Positions 51,701-59,400 of a stretch of DNA of 64,000 bases are shown here, piece after piece. The position numbers and the translations under genes were made by a program. The stretch is from Podarcis tiliguerta (lineage: Eukaryota). Location of the stretch: the NCBI GenBank assembly GCA_965153285.1, contig OZ229117.1. The stretch is one strand, 5' to 3'. The notes beneath the pieces are model-generated. The model did no database searches, was not told the DNA's origin, and saw only the letters and a program-made list of their open reading frames with translations. Position 1 is the first letter of the stretch, and each line of letters begins with the position of its first letter.

Positions 51701-53248
51701 CTAGCTAGTCTGAAGCTGGAAACAGATTGTCAACCTAAGGTTGCTTCAAGAATAGGCATATTACATGTTGATATTGAAAACAGACCCACAAATGACCCAA
51801 CACAAAATGCCATACTCACTATGGCAAGAGATCAATTACTTTTCCCATACGCGTCTCAAATTGCAAACTATTATTTGCTCTACAGCTGCTAAAGTGAACC
51901 TGTAGTTGACTTATGATTAAAAGCCACAAGTGTTACTAGCCTGACCGCACACACACACCTACCTATATTAGTCATTTGTGGCACAGTGCATGAAAGAAAA
52001 AGAAAGCTCTTGTATTTACAAAAGCCTCCCTCCATGGACAAACAGAGGAGATTCTTGTCACAAGCAGCCAGGTAAGGAGTTTTGCCAATCCTGAATTATA
52101 GGATCAAGCTGTCTACCTCTGTTGGAATAGAAATAGCAGGATTGATTCAGTTTAACACAACTCAACCAGCCAGGAGGGTGTGACCGAAAGACAATCCCTA
52201 CTCAAAAAGTACCCAGCATAAGCTTTATCTTCAAGAACATCACAATGGTGGGGGGGGGGGGACTATCATGTTAAGTATATTCACCTGGGCCAATTCCCTG
52301 AAACAGCAACGTTTTCTCTCTGCCCCTTTCCCGTTTTCTTTTAAACTATGAATGCCAGGAATGGGCAACACCGCTGTCGGCAGGCCTGCCTGAGCCAGAA
52401 AACGGGTTCTGCCCACAGAAGTGTCCTCGCTTTCCCGTGCAGCCCTTCGGCCTTTTCCCTTGAAAACAAGGATTTGCTCCTGCGCCAGAAGGGAAAGGGA
52501 GCTACTGGGCTACTGGCGAAGGGGCTGCACTTGCTCCCTAACTCTTGGCAACCGGGGCCAGGAGGAGCTATGCATGCGCGCATGGTCCTGGCCGCAGACC
52601 TCCATCCTGGACGCCACTTCTTGGTTACACCGGAGAGTGACGGAGGACAGAGGTAAACCTGGGTCAGAGGCAGGTTTCCTAAAATTGCCAGGAGAGGCTA
52701 TGTGCATTGCTCCGCACCTGGGCTGGCCTCTCCCTGCAGCCGCCCGCCGCAAAAAAGTTGCTCCATGGGGGTCCACTGCCCCGAAGCCCTCCCCCCTCCC
52801 CCGACCTCAGTTTCCCCACCAGCTAGGAGGGGCTCCCCGCCCCGCTCACCTCCCGCACGTCCTGCAGGCACTCGAGGACGGCCAGGTTGTTGGCCCAGCT
52901 GTGCTTGGGGCAGACGCGGGTCACGTCTTCGCGGCACACCGACTCGTCCGCCAGCTTCCAGCCGCCTCCCGCCGAGGAGCCTCCGCGAGGCAGACGGCCA
53001 CCCCCAGCTCCGCCTCCGCCGCCTCCCGGGAGTGCTCCCAGCCCCAACTGAGGCAGCGGCTGGCCCCCCAATCCCGCTACGGCCGCCGGCTGCTGCCCCG
53101 GGAACCCCTGGGCGGCCCCGACCGCCGCTGCCCCGCCTTGCTGCTGTGCCCGGGCTGACCCGAGAGCCACGAGCAGCCAGAGGAAAGGGGCGGCGAGGAG
53201 AGGGCCCGGCCCGCGTCTCCGGGCCGGGACACGTCCGCACGGCGCCAT
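667..53248 (-). CDS. GLG1: Golgi glycoprotein 1 (ESL-1/CFR-1/MG-160), spliced CDS exons 1-22; gene continues off the left edge
   Basis: 22 GT-AG exons join into a 2997-nt open frame: signal peptide, then Cys-rich GLG1 repeats (e.g. SDDFHLDRHLYFACRDDRERFC, DYRLNPVLRKACKADIPKFC). Recognised from the vertebrate GLG1 protein. Confidence 0.98.
1964..2106 (-). CDS. GLG1: GLG1 exon 21
   Basis: (D)YRLNPVLRKACKADIPKFCQSILTKAKDDSELEGQVISCLKLKYADQ; 143 nt. Confidence 0.96.
3045..3093. repeat. Perfect 18-bp inverted repeat with 13-nt loop
   Basis: AAATAAATAAATGGAGAG (3045-3062) / CTCTCCATTTATTTATTT (3076-3093). Confidence 0.9.
3200..3401 (-). mobile_element. Old L2-clade LINE, 3' portion (left half of the element split by the L1)
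   Basis: Reads continuously into 5715 onward once the L1 and one TSD copy are removed; left boundary approximate. Confidence 0.65.
3402..5714 (+). mobile_element. Young 5'-truncated L1-clade LINE (ORF2 reverse transcriptase to C-terminus, 3'UTR, poly(A)) in GLG1 intron 20, antisense to GLG1
   Basis: Unbroken frame to stop 5493 with motifs QTGFLPGR, VDAEKAFD, GTRQGCPLSPLLF, FADD, KYLG, GGFALPD and CCHC knuckle CWKC-x7-H-x4-C. AATAAA 5681-5686, A-tail 5698-5712, TSD AAGATCTCA at 3393-3401 and 5715-5723. Confidence 0.95.
5715..6000 (-). mobile_element. Old L2-clade LINE ORF2 C-terminal fragment (right half)
   Basis: LDYCNVLYMELP..FQLAQRAAARLL..FQWLLV..QFKVLV resembles the L2 motif LDYCN..LQ..QNAAARL..LHWLP..FK. 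Confidence 0.8.
6076..6199 (-). CDS. GLG1: GLG1 exon 20
   Basis: RFCPEADAKNMLQCLKQNKNSEMMDPKCKQMITKRQITQNT(D); 124 nt. Confidence 0.96.
7279..7416 (-). CDS. GLG1: GLG1 exon 19
   Basis: IIECLKENKKQLSTRCHQKVFKLQETEMMDPELDYTLMRVCKQMIK; 138 nt. Confidence 0.96.
7452..7470 (+). promoter_or_regulatory. Candidate CTCF site
   Basis: TGGACACTAGATGGCAGCA is close to the CTCF core CCAC(C/T)AG(A/G)(T/G)GGC; motif match only. Confidence 0.4.
8119..8211 (-). CDS. GLG1: GLG1 exon 18
   Basis: TEDIRLEPDLHEACKSDIRDYCQNVPYGNAQ; 93 nt; donor CAG|GTGATC. Confidence 0.95.
8747..8881. mobile_element. Palindromic hAT-like MITE (GGACTACAACTCCC family); decayed relatives at ~11460-11545, ~19863-19989, ~39165-39225
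   Basis: CAGCTTTTCTCAACC ... GGTTGAGAAAGCTG inverted ends, internal arms also complementary; near-matching 8-bp flanks CCCCTGAA/CCCTAGAA. Confidence 0.7.
9017..9076. repeat. Compound (CA)7(GA)23 microsatellite
   Basis: Directly visible. Confidence 0.95.
9372..9489 (-). CDS. GLG1: GLG1 exon 17
   Basis: (K)VDVVICLSTIVRNDTLRDAKEHQVSMKCRKQLRVEELEM; 118 nt. Confidence 0.96.
9628..9716 (-). CDS. GLG1: GLG1 exon 16
   Basis: VQMKDFRFSYKFKMACKEDVLKLCPNIKK(K); 89 nt. Confidence 0.95.
10181..10294 (-). CDS. GLG1: GLG1 exon 15
   Basis: EVADNQIDSGDLMECLIQNKHQKEMNEKCAIGVTHFQL; 114 nt. Confidence 0.96.
11179..11241 (-). CDS. GLG1: GLG1 exon 14
   Basis: DIQIEALMMRACEPIIQTFCH; 63 nt. Confidence 0.95.
11900..11986 (-). 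CDS. GLG1: GLG1 exon 13
   Basis: ELECLQDHLDDLAAECRDIVGNLTELESE; 87 nt. Confidence 0.95.
12425..12562 (-). CDS. GLG1: GLG1 exon 12
   Basis: LSRECRAEVQRILHQRALDVKLDPALQDKCMIDLGKWCSEKTETGQ; 138 nt. Confidence 0.96.
14184..14337 (-). CDS. GLG1: GLG1 exon 11
   Basis: (K)LDLVLYRKCQGDASRLCHTRGWNETSEMIPPGAIFSCLYRHAYRTEEQGRR; 154 nt. Confidence 0.95.
14502..14877. mobile_element. Older Tigger-like MITE
   Basis: Degenerate terminal inverted repeats TA|CAGGTCACTCACAACTT ... AAGTTGCGAGTCACCCG. Confidence 0.55.
15886..15987 (-). CDS. GLG1: GLG1 exon 10
   Basis: (M)ILSCLMEHLYTEKMVEDCEHRLLELQYFISRDW(K); 102 nt. Confidence 0.95.
16388..16509 (-). CDS. GLG1: GLG1 exon 9
   Basis: LQTLIQEADPGADYRIDRALNEACESVIQTACKHIRAGDP(M); 122 nt; read by hand, not in the ORF track. 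Confidence 0.95.
20350..20564 (-). CDS. GLG1: GLG1 exon 8
   Basis: (G)RQVSSECQGEMLDYRRMLMEDFSLSPEII...SCQQS; 215 nt. Confidence 0.96.
21693..21759. repeat. (TG)13(CG)4(CA)16 palindromic microsatellite
   Basis: Directly visible; self-complementary. Confidence 0.95.
22163..22252. repeat. 45-bp tandem duplication (1 mismatch)
   Basis: CAGCTAGAGAAAAACACCCAGCTTTACTGGATATTCCC(T/C)CAAGGC x2. Confidence 0.95.
24648..24831 (-). CDS. GLG1: GLG1 exon 7
   Basis: CRDALTTRQKLIAQDYKVSYSLAKSC...LESAVHR(G); 184 nt. Confidence 0.96.
25653..25724 (-). CDS. GLG1: GLG1 exon 6
   Basis: TQAGEGRVYKCLFNHKFEDSMSEK; 72 nt. Confidence 0.96.
26380..26583 (-). CDS. GLG1: GLG1 exon 5
   Basis: DVHSQGEVVACLEKGL...RDDRERFCEN; 204 nt. 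Confidence 0.96.
27084..27299 (-). CDS. GLG1: GLG1 exon 4
   Basis: IKECADEPVGKGYLVSCLVDHRGN...KCGSIRLGEK; 216 nt. Confidence 0.96.
28630..29110 (-). mobile_element. Probable L1-type 3'-end fragment interrupted by a TA-flanked DNA-transposon fragment (CCGTATTTTTCG terminus at 28752, to ~29060)
   Basis: AT-rich L1-tail-like flanks; abrupt CpG-rich insert starting TA|CCGTATTTTTCGCCCCATAG; second terminus not seen. Confidence 0.55.
29799..29885 (-). CDS. GLG1: GLG1 exon 3
   Basis: LLWNYKLNLTTDPKFESVAREVCKSTISE; 87 nt; AG/GT. Confidence 0.96.
31849..31881 (-). CDS. GLG1: GLG1 exon 2 (33-nt microexon)
   Basis: PDNEISSDCNH; pyrimidine tract plus CAG acceptor, GTAAGT donor. Confidence 0.95.
32696..32915. 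mobile_element. Related Tc1/mariner-type MITE, left terminus missing
   Basis: CpG-rich block ending GAGGTACCACTG|TA. Confidence 0.7.
35561..35843 (-). mobile_element. Short 5'-truncated L1 3'-UTR insertion
   Basis: 15-bp TSD ACAATATCATTTTCT (35546-35560, 35844-35858); AATAAAAATTATT plus A-rich tail; GGAAGTCAAA motif shared with the L1 3'UTR at 5614. Confidence 0.8.
36504..36743. mobile_element. hAT-type MITE
   Basis: (G)AGGGGTGGCCAA ... TTGGGACATCCCTG termini; 8-bp TSD CTCTAAAG/TTCTAAAG. Confidence 0.75.
37086..37220 (+). mobile_element. tRNA-derived SINE with CR1-like 3' tail
   Basis: A-box TAGCTCAGTTGGTAGAGC, B-box-like GGTTCAAGCT, tail GGTCCCTTCCAACCCTATGATTCTATGA. Confidence 0.8.
38325..38645 (+). 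mobile_element. Degenerate L2-clade LINE 3' fragment
   Basis: Encodes LQLVQNVAAR-like remnant (38364-38393); similar to the reverse complement of 5715-6000. Confidence 0.6.
38757..38890 (-). mobile_element. tRNA-derived SINE with CR1-like tail, minus strand; a 3' fragment also at ~58486-58542
   Basis: GAATCATAGAGTTGGAGGGGACC...TAGTCCAACCCCCTGC...GGGATCAAACC...TGAGCTAT. Confidence 0.75.
39612..39742 (+). mobile_element. tRNA-derived SINE, same family as 37086
   Basis: CAGTTGGTAGAGCATG...GGGCAAAAGATTCCT...CCCTTCCAA...ATTCT-repeat tail. Confidence 0.75.
39966..40021. repeat. Tandem duplication, period 29
   Basis: GAGTCTTTGGCCAATGAGCAGCAGTCC x2. Confidence 0.9.
42320..42583 (+). mobile_element. 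RTE-clade LINE reverse-transcriptase fragment (degenerate)
   Basis: VYPKSQWGF..IFLLRQLQEKC*..PLYIVFIDLTQVFDLVS..GLF..L.KIGCPPKL...SFH, with a stop and a frameshift. Confidence 0.85.
43701..43915. mobile_element. Tc1/mariner (Tigger-like) MITE
   Basis: TA|CAGTGG(C)ACC ... GGTACCACTG|TA terminal inverted repeats with TA duplication. Confidence 0.85.
47370..47580 (+). mobile_element. MIR/CORE-like SINE; relatives at ~49760-49980 (+), ~54010-54205 (+), ~28075-28240 (-)
   Basis: TTCAAATC B-box, GGGTGACCTTGGGCCAGTCAC core, CTAACCTACCTCAC, AATAAA-rich tail. Confidence 0.7.
50917..51124. mobile_element. Tc1/mariner (Tigger-like) MITE, same family, opposite orientation to 43701
   Basis: CAGTGGTACCTC ... 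GAGGTACCACTG|TA; internal sequence is the reverse complement of the 43701 copy. Confidence 0.85.
51405..51590 (+). mobile_element. Old squamate-type SINE; fragments at ~41770-41858 and ~23270-23335
   Basis: CTGCCAGTCAATGTAGACACTACTGAGCTAGA...CTCAGTATAAGGCAGCTTCCT tail, partly repeated at the other loci. Confidence 0.6.
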
Positions 53249-53550
53249 CTTGGATGCGACTCCTCTCCTCAGCTCCGCTCGGCCCGGCCCGGCCTCGCTG
53301 CCTTAGGCCCCGCCCGCCGCAGCCTGCGCGCGCAACGCCAACGGCACTGGCAGTCACGCCCACCGCCTCTCGGAGTGCGTAAGGACGGCGGCGACGTCGC
53401 CGCGGCGAGCAGAGCAAGGCAGGTGACGTCACCACCTAGCCAGAGGAAAGGGTTGTTTGTCGGAGAGCTGTGCGACACCTACTGGCAGGTCTTTCAGGGA
53501 AAAGAACCGGAATGGCGCTTTCTTCTGTCGCCTCTCTCTCGTCATACACC
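52690..53550 (-). promoter_or_regulatory. GLG1 CpG-island promoter
   Basis: Very GC/CpG-dense in an otherwise CpG-poor window. YY1-type CAAGATGGCG over the ATG (53243-53252), NRF1-like TGCGCGCGCA (53325-53334), CRE TGACGTCA (53424-53431), ETS-type CCGGAA (53507-53512). Boundaries approximate. Confidence 0.85.
52850..53248 (-). CDS. GLG1: GLG1 exon 1 (signal peptide, Gly-rich linker, start of first Cys-rich repeat)
   Basis: MAPCGRV...WKLADESVCREDVTRVCPKHSWANNLAVLECLQDVRE; donor GAG|GTGAG; 399 nt, phase 0. Confidence 0.97.
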
Positions 53551-53653
53551 CCGACCCTCTAACTTTCCTCTAAAGTTATTCTAATTTTTAGGAAATTCTT
53601 TCTTGCCCATAACAGCAAGGCCACTTATTTTTATCAAGTTAAGATTACTGTAT

Positions 53654-53657
<4 letters not shown>

Positions 53658-53686
<29 letters not shown>
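53658..53686. repeat. (TG)14 microsatellite upstream of the GLG1 promoter
   Basis: Directly visible. Confidence 0.95.
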
Positions 53687-53689
<3 letters not shown>

Positions 53690-54506
53690 CTTATTTTCTG
53701 TGCAAGCAGAACTGTGTGCCCAGCAAATATCATTGCCTAAGGCTCAATGAAACTTCCTTCTTATCTGTTCTTTAAGTGCAGTGGGAGTAGTTTTTGCACA
53801 CATTCTTTGCTCACAAGTCATGCAAATGCCATAACCTGTGGCAAATTCAGCAAACACCTTCCCAGCCAGGATGAATATGATTCTGCAAAGGTTGGCCATT
53901 CTGTACCGTTTATAAAAATTCATATTCTATTAGTTTTTGTTGGTTTTAACAGCTTTTAGTTGTTTTTACTCTATTTTGTATGCTGCCTTGCTATATAGAG
54001 CTAGTGTATTTAGTCTCAGAGACCAGGGTTGAAATCCCCAGTCACCAAGGAAGCTCAGATGGCAATCTTGGACACTCACTCTCAGCCTAACCTACTTCAG
54101 GATAAAATGTGAGGATAAAATGTAGAGGGGAAGAACTATGTAGACCACCATGAGCTTGTAGAAAATTGTGGGATATAAACACACATAATAATAATAATAA
54201 ATAACAGGAACACAATAGTAGTCATAGTAATAATAAATGTTATCCCGTCTACCTGACTTCTCTACATAGGTAAAGATACTGAAGCCACCCACACGTTACA
54301 GAGAAAGGAAAGAACATGGTGTTACTGCAGGTCCTACCCTTGTTGTTGGTAAATTATATTATTAGAGATTAAACTATCTTTATTTGTAAGTAAGCCTCTT
54401 TGAGGCTTAGGCCAGCAGTTATGCTTTAGAAACTCAGCAACACAAAAACTGAGCTGAATTCCTGTATCAACACTTTAATGGTCAAGAGTATGACTACTAC
54501 ATAGTA

Positions 54507-54708
54507 CAGTGGTACCTTGGGTTACGAACTTAATTCGTTCCAGAGGTCCATTCTTAACCCAAAACCATTCTTAACCTGAGGCGCGCTTTCGCTAATGGGG
54601 CCTCCCGCTGCTACCGCACGATTTCCGTTCTCATCCTGGGGCAAAGTTCTCAACCTGAGGTACTACTTCCGGGTTAGCGGAGTTTGTAACCCAAATTACC
54701 CCGAGGTA
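54507..54708. mobile_element. Tc1/mariner (Tigger-like) MITE, same family, right terminus truncated
   Basis: TA|CAGTGGTACCTT...AACTTAATTCGTTCC...CTAATGGGGCCTCC; same orientation as the 50917 copy. Confidence 0.8.
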
Positions 54709-55196
54709 ATTAAAATATATGTTCAGTGTACCTCAAATTCCAAATGACAAGTGGTTTCAGACACTCAATTGGCTTTACCATTGCGCCAGCACAGTTCCAA
54801 CTTCGCTGCTGCCCTTCCCCACCCAGATATACAAGAACAGCACTGTTGGGAGGGAGACCCTGAAACACCACCATGCCTGCCTTTCACCCAAGATAAACAT
54901 TGAATTCACTCTATTTAGAGTGGAGACCATGCAGTCACCTTTCAGCAAACTAGGTACAGTTGTTCCAAACTCTGGTAGATTAGCTTGCTACATGATTAGC
55001 TTGCTACATGGAAATATCCCAATCATATATCATAATTAGCACAAGATATTGGATCCACTAACCCAAACTTCAGGACTTATTTGGCATTTAGAGGATCCTA
55101 TATTTATATCTTAAACATTGCAGCTTGCTTGTCAGGCAGTGCAAGCAGCAATTTAGCATTGCAATGGAGGGTTTTGCCATTTGGAGAAAGCCAGAG

Positions 55197-55260
55197 ATAT
55201 TAAACATTCTATATTCTTCCTCTTGTATATATTAAACATTCTTTATTCTTCCTGTTGCAT
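55197..55260. repeat. 32-bp tandem duplication in the likely RFWD3 3'UTR
   Basis: ATATTAAACATTCT(A/T)TATTCTTCCT(C/G)TTG(T/C)AT x2. Confidence 0.9.
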
Positions 55261-56332
55261 ATAAAAGTAGTATCTCTCACACACAAAGCACAGTTCAATG
55301 GAAACATGTACATTTTTAGACAGATGGGTCATACAGTTAAACTTTAGAAATGTTGTTCTGTAATTCTGTATAGTAACCCATCAGTTCAGGCAGCACACAA
55401 TGGTGTGATTTCTACTGGCTTCAGGTAAAGTAAAAAAACAAAAAAACAAACCCTAATATTGGTCTTGCAATTTGCATCACTCTCTTGATTGCTAGCCTTG
55501 GGCAAGAACACATACATGAAATATTTGATCCTATTTTAATTTATAGCAGAAGATGAATCACCAACAGTCCCAGCAAATGGGTTTTTTCTGCCAATAGATT
55601 TGGTAGAGTTCTAAAATTGCTTCATGTTTCAACTCCCAGTGATCTGTCAGGCACAGCACTCTGCCCAGTTCTCAATGGAGGTCTATAGGAAGTCTTACAG
55701 GAACATATTTATACCTGAAGTTGCCCATTCTTCATCAGGCCACAATTATATTTTCTTATTCACAATGTCTTTTAGCAGCCAATTCCCACCAGGCTTCACC
55801 ACCACCTTTTACCAAGCCCAGTCATGGTCCAGAGATATAACTTGAACAGCTCACTTCAGACAAGGTCCCATCTTCTTTATGAGATGGGCTGAAACAGAAA
55901 TTTAAGCAGTCTTCTGCCAAAGGAGTATTGTCCATGCCACAAGCCTCCAAAATCACAAGAGGAGCAGAGATCATGATCTTCATCCAAGGTCAATGGTAAA
56001 TTTCCAGGAAATATAAACTGGCAGCCAAATTTTTTCTCAGAAGGGCCCCATAATCTACCTAGGCAGTAAAGCTAGAAAAGCACAGGGTCCACAATAAGGT
56101 AAAAGTGGTTTCGTTTAAGATGAGGTGGAAACAAAAATCCTTAAATTTAAAAAGGAACAAATGTGTGGGCTGGGCATGGGAGAGAGCTGCTCTAAGGAGC
56201 AAGATTTTGCTTGTGCAGCAATGTTGGCAGAGTGCACTCAAGGCAGCTAGAATCCAGTTAGCAGCAGAGCTGGCTTGTGGGAAATTGGCTCAGTTCAGAG
56301 AGTAGCTCATTGGGGCAGCATGCAGCAGACAG

Positions 56333-56476
56333 TCATTGCCACTTGTAGATCTTCACCATCTTTTCTGTCAAGGTAGCCAAGAAGCTGTTGCGGTTCACCT
56401 CATAAGGGCAGACATCTAACACAGGAAGGTCAGCAGGGAGTTTCTGCAGCAGGGAGCCACTCCCTGCATCCCAGAG
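56333..56476 (-). CDS. RFWD3: RFWD3 last coding exon
   Basis: [47 protein letters not shown]; TGA at 56335-56333. Confidence 0.96.
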   Translation of the reverse strand, partial: LWDAGSGSLLQKLPADLPVLDVCPYEVNRNSFLATLTEKMVKIYKWQ

Positions 56477-59400
56477 CTGCGGGATAAACAAATAGAGTCA
56501 CAGCTTATCAGGAATCCTGTTGCATAAAAATACAGCTCTAGCTGTTACTAGTTGGGATATAGCAAGGAGACCAGTTACAAAAGTATTAAACTGTTACTTT
56601 CCCGTACATTGGCAAGCAGCCAAACATCACCACACATTTTGGGTGGATTCAGGGTGAGCAAGTGATTAGTGGTGTAATGCTAAGGACATCTCTCTTTGGC
56701 TCTCCCTGTGTACAAGGAGGAGTGGTTGCAGCCCTGGCACAGAAAACATGCATGTCCATACCCAGAGTCAAGCCTCAAGGAAAGTGAGAAAAGGGAGGAC
56801 AAGAGAGCCCCATGTCCATATAATGGAAATGGCACTGTGATTGCCGTGAGGAAATGCTCCAAAGAGGCAGATACAGGCTATACCAGTGTCTCAAAACAGA
56901 ATTTTCACTAAAACAAGGGCTCAAGTCTTTTCTCAATGACCAACCCGGCATTAAGCTCTTTGGAGCTGCATAGCCTTAAAAACATAGGAAAACAATTACT
57001 CAAGTACCCTAACCACCACCTAAGCTTCCAGCATTTTAGACTATTAACACAGAGCCGGACACAACATCCTACAAAGAACAAAAAATGGTACCATGGCAGA
57101 GTTTGATGCTTCATCTCCAGCGCACACAAGAATACTGCCATCATCTTCAGGACTCTGGAAGATGGCATTTTTGGTCAGGAGTTTGCACGATGGACCCGCA
57201 GTAAGAGTTTGAACTGGACGACATGAACAGATCACATCCTCAGTCCCATCAGTCAGCTGAGTAGAGGTCAGCTCCATCACCACACACCGTAAACAGTTGT
57301 TGTTTCTATCTGTGGGATGAAAGTGAAGAGCTTTCCAGGGGACAGGTAGGTATCAAGGTATCATAGGAAGATATCAAGACAAACACTGTACTCTGGTTTA
57401 AGTGCAGCCCAGAGGCCATTGCCTGACCGCTTCACTCACTGCACATGGCAACTACCCCATTTCCTTAGGATACTACTCCTTCGCAATCCCTTCCTTGCAT
57501 GTCATCCTACGTAAGCAGGGGTGCTCATATTGCACATCAGGTCCCTCTTGGGAGCTGCAAAGTTCTAAGGAGGGATAGACTCCTGAAGTAGTTGGCACTT
57601 ACCCTTCACCGGGGTGGAAATAATGCCCCCAGTAAAAGTTCCATATTGTATTTGGGGATGGGAGACTGCACCCTCTATGCCCCATCATCTTGAAAAGATT
57701 TGGGAAGACTGGGGCACAGAATAACTGGTGCAGCATTTTAGATGCAGGCCAGAGGTATCCTCTTCTCTTTTAATGTGTGTGCAAGAGAGACGCCAACAAC
57801 AAACATGGTAAGTGGTTTCTGTCCACACAGTTGTAACTGTGTCCACATTTAGGGTGAAAGGAATCCCAACACTGCATAAAAATAGCCCTGCCCTGATGTC
57901 TACACATCACAACTTACTGGGTCTGAATGTTGCAAGGCAGTGCCGTGTGCTGGCCTCTGTCTGAAGGTCAATGCAACCTCCAGGCTCCAGGAGGAGGTGG
58001 TGAGGCCGGTAAGAGCCACTGGCCTTCTGTTCCCAAAAGCAGGCTCCCTCCAGTGTCCCAGATACCAGTCCACCATAGGGCAGTGAGGCAGAGGCCATTC
58101 GGGGAAGATACGATAAGGACACCACAGGGCACCTGTGCGGGACAGAGGAAAGAGCAATAACCAACAATGTCAAACCATTCCACTTTCCCGACTCATTTGC
58201 TGTTGTGAGTCTGAATGAGCATGAGTAAGAAAGGATTTCAAAGAGAACTGGAGAATCACTCTCACTTCTACATACCATTGGCCAAAAGAACTGGTGCTAT
58301 GACTGAAATTCTATTAATATTTACCTCTGAGTAAGCACCACTGAACACTGCACAATTGACTTCTGAGTAAGAAACAAACTGAGCTCCATATCACCATGAC
58401 TGTTCACAACCCCAGAAAAGAACAAGGTAGAAGTCAATCACTGCAGGCAACATTGCAAGTATGACAATCTCTCCAGGGCTTACCTAGAATCATAGAGTTG
58501 GAAAAGACCACAATGGCCATCGAGTCCAACCCCCTGCCAATGTTCATTCCTATTCCTCATCCACAGAACTGACTGAAAAATACACATTCTGAGAAGTCTT
58601 AGTGCAATGCATTAAGGACTGGAAATTGGTCCCAGACAAGTTTTATCAGGCTAAACCTCTGCCATTAGGCCACTCTCCCAAGCTCAAAGGTCTTCGTTCT
58701 GGGTTACAGTGGGGAGGTAATCAGCAACCAGAGTAAAAGTTAGTGTTCTGCAAATTCTGTGCCAGAAAAGATATACCAATAACACATGGCGTGCAAATTT
58801 TAAAGTTCTACAGGCGCTGATCATCCTTCATCTGCTTCAAAGTCCTCTACAGTCTTAATTCATATGCTCAAAGGACAACCTAACTGTATAAAGCAGGAAA
58901 GTGATACCTGGACTTCTGTGGAGCAAGCTCCTGGACATGAGAGCTTGTGTCCCGCAGGTCATACACCAAGACAGAGCCGTTGACCAAGCCAGCATAGACA
59001 TAGTTGGTGTCATCCAGGCACCAGCTGCAGCTCCAGACAGGTCGACCAGTATTGTATGTCTGCACAACGGTGTTTGTAGTCAAGCTGAGGGAAAGTTAGC
59101 GGAGCTTTACATATCAAAGTAGTCTCCCATTGAGGACCTTAGCACTTCTGCACATGGCCCACGCTATCCAGCAGATACCCAGTTGTGGGCAGAACAGCAC
59201 AGTTCAGACAAAGCTGCTCTGCAGGAGCCAGGCAATACTTCCAGAATAAGATCTTTACACAATCTCCTGGACCACAGAGAAAGGAAGCAGGCATCATAAC
59301 CATCACTACTCACCTGGTAAGCTTGAGGGTATGGTCTAAAGCAGCAGATAAGAGCAAGCCATCTGCACGGTTGCTGAAAGCCAAGCCCCGGATCTGCTTG

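Noticed and set aside
52421-53435. Long overlapping ORFs (245, 245 and 226 aa) over GLG1 exon 1
   Set aside because: Stop-poor shadow frames of a CpG island; low-complexity Arg/Pro/Gly/Ala translations with no recognisable domain.
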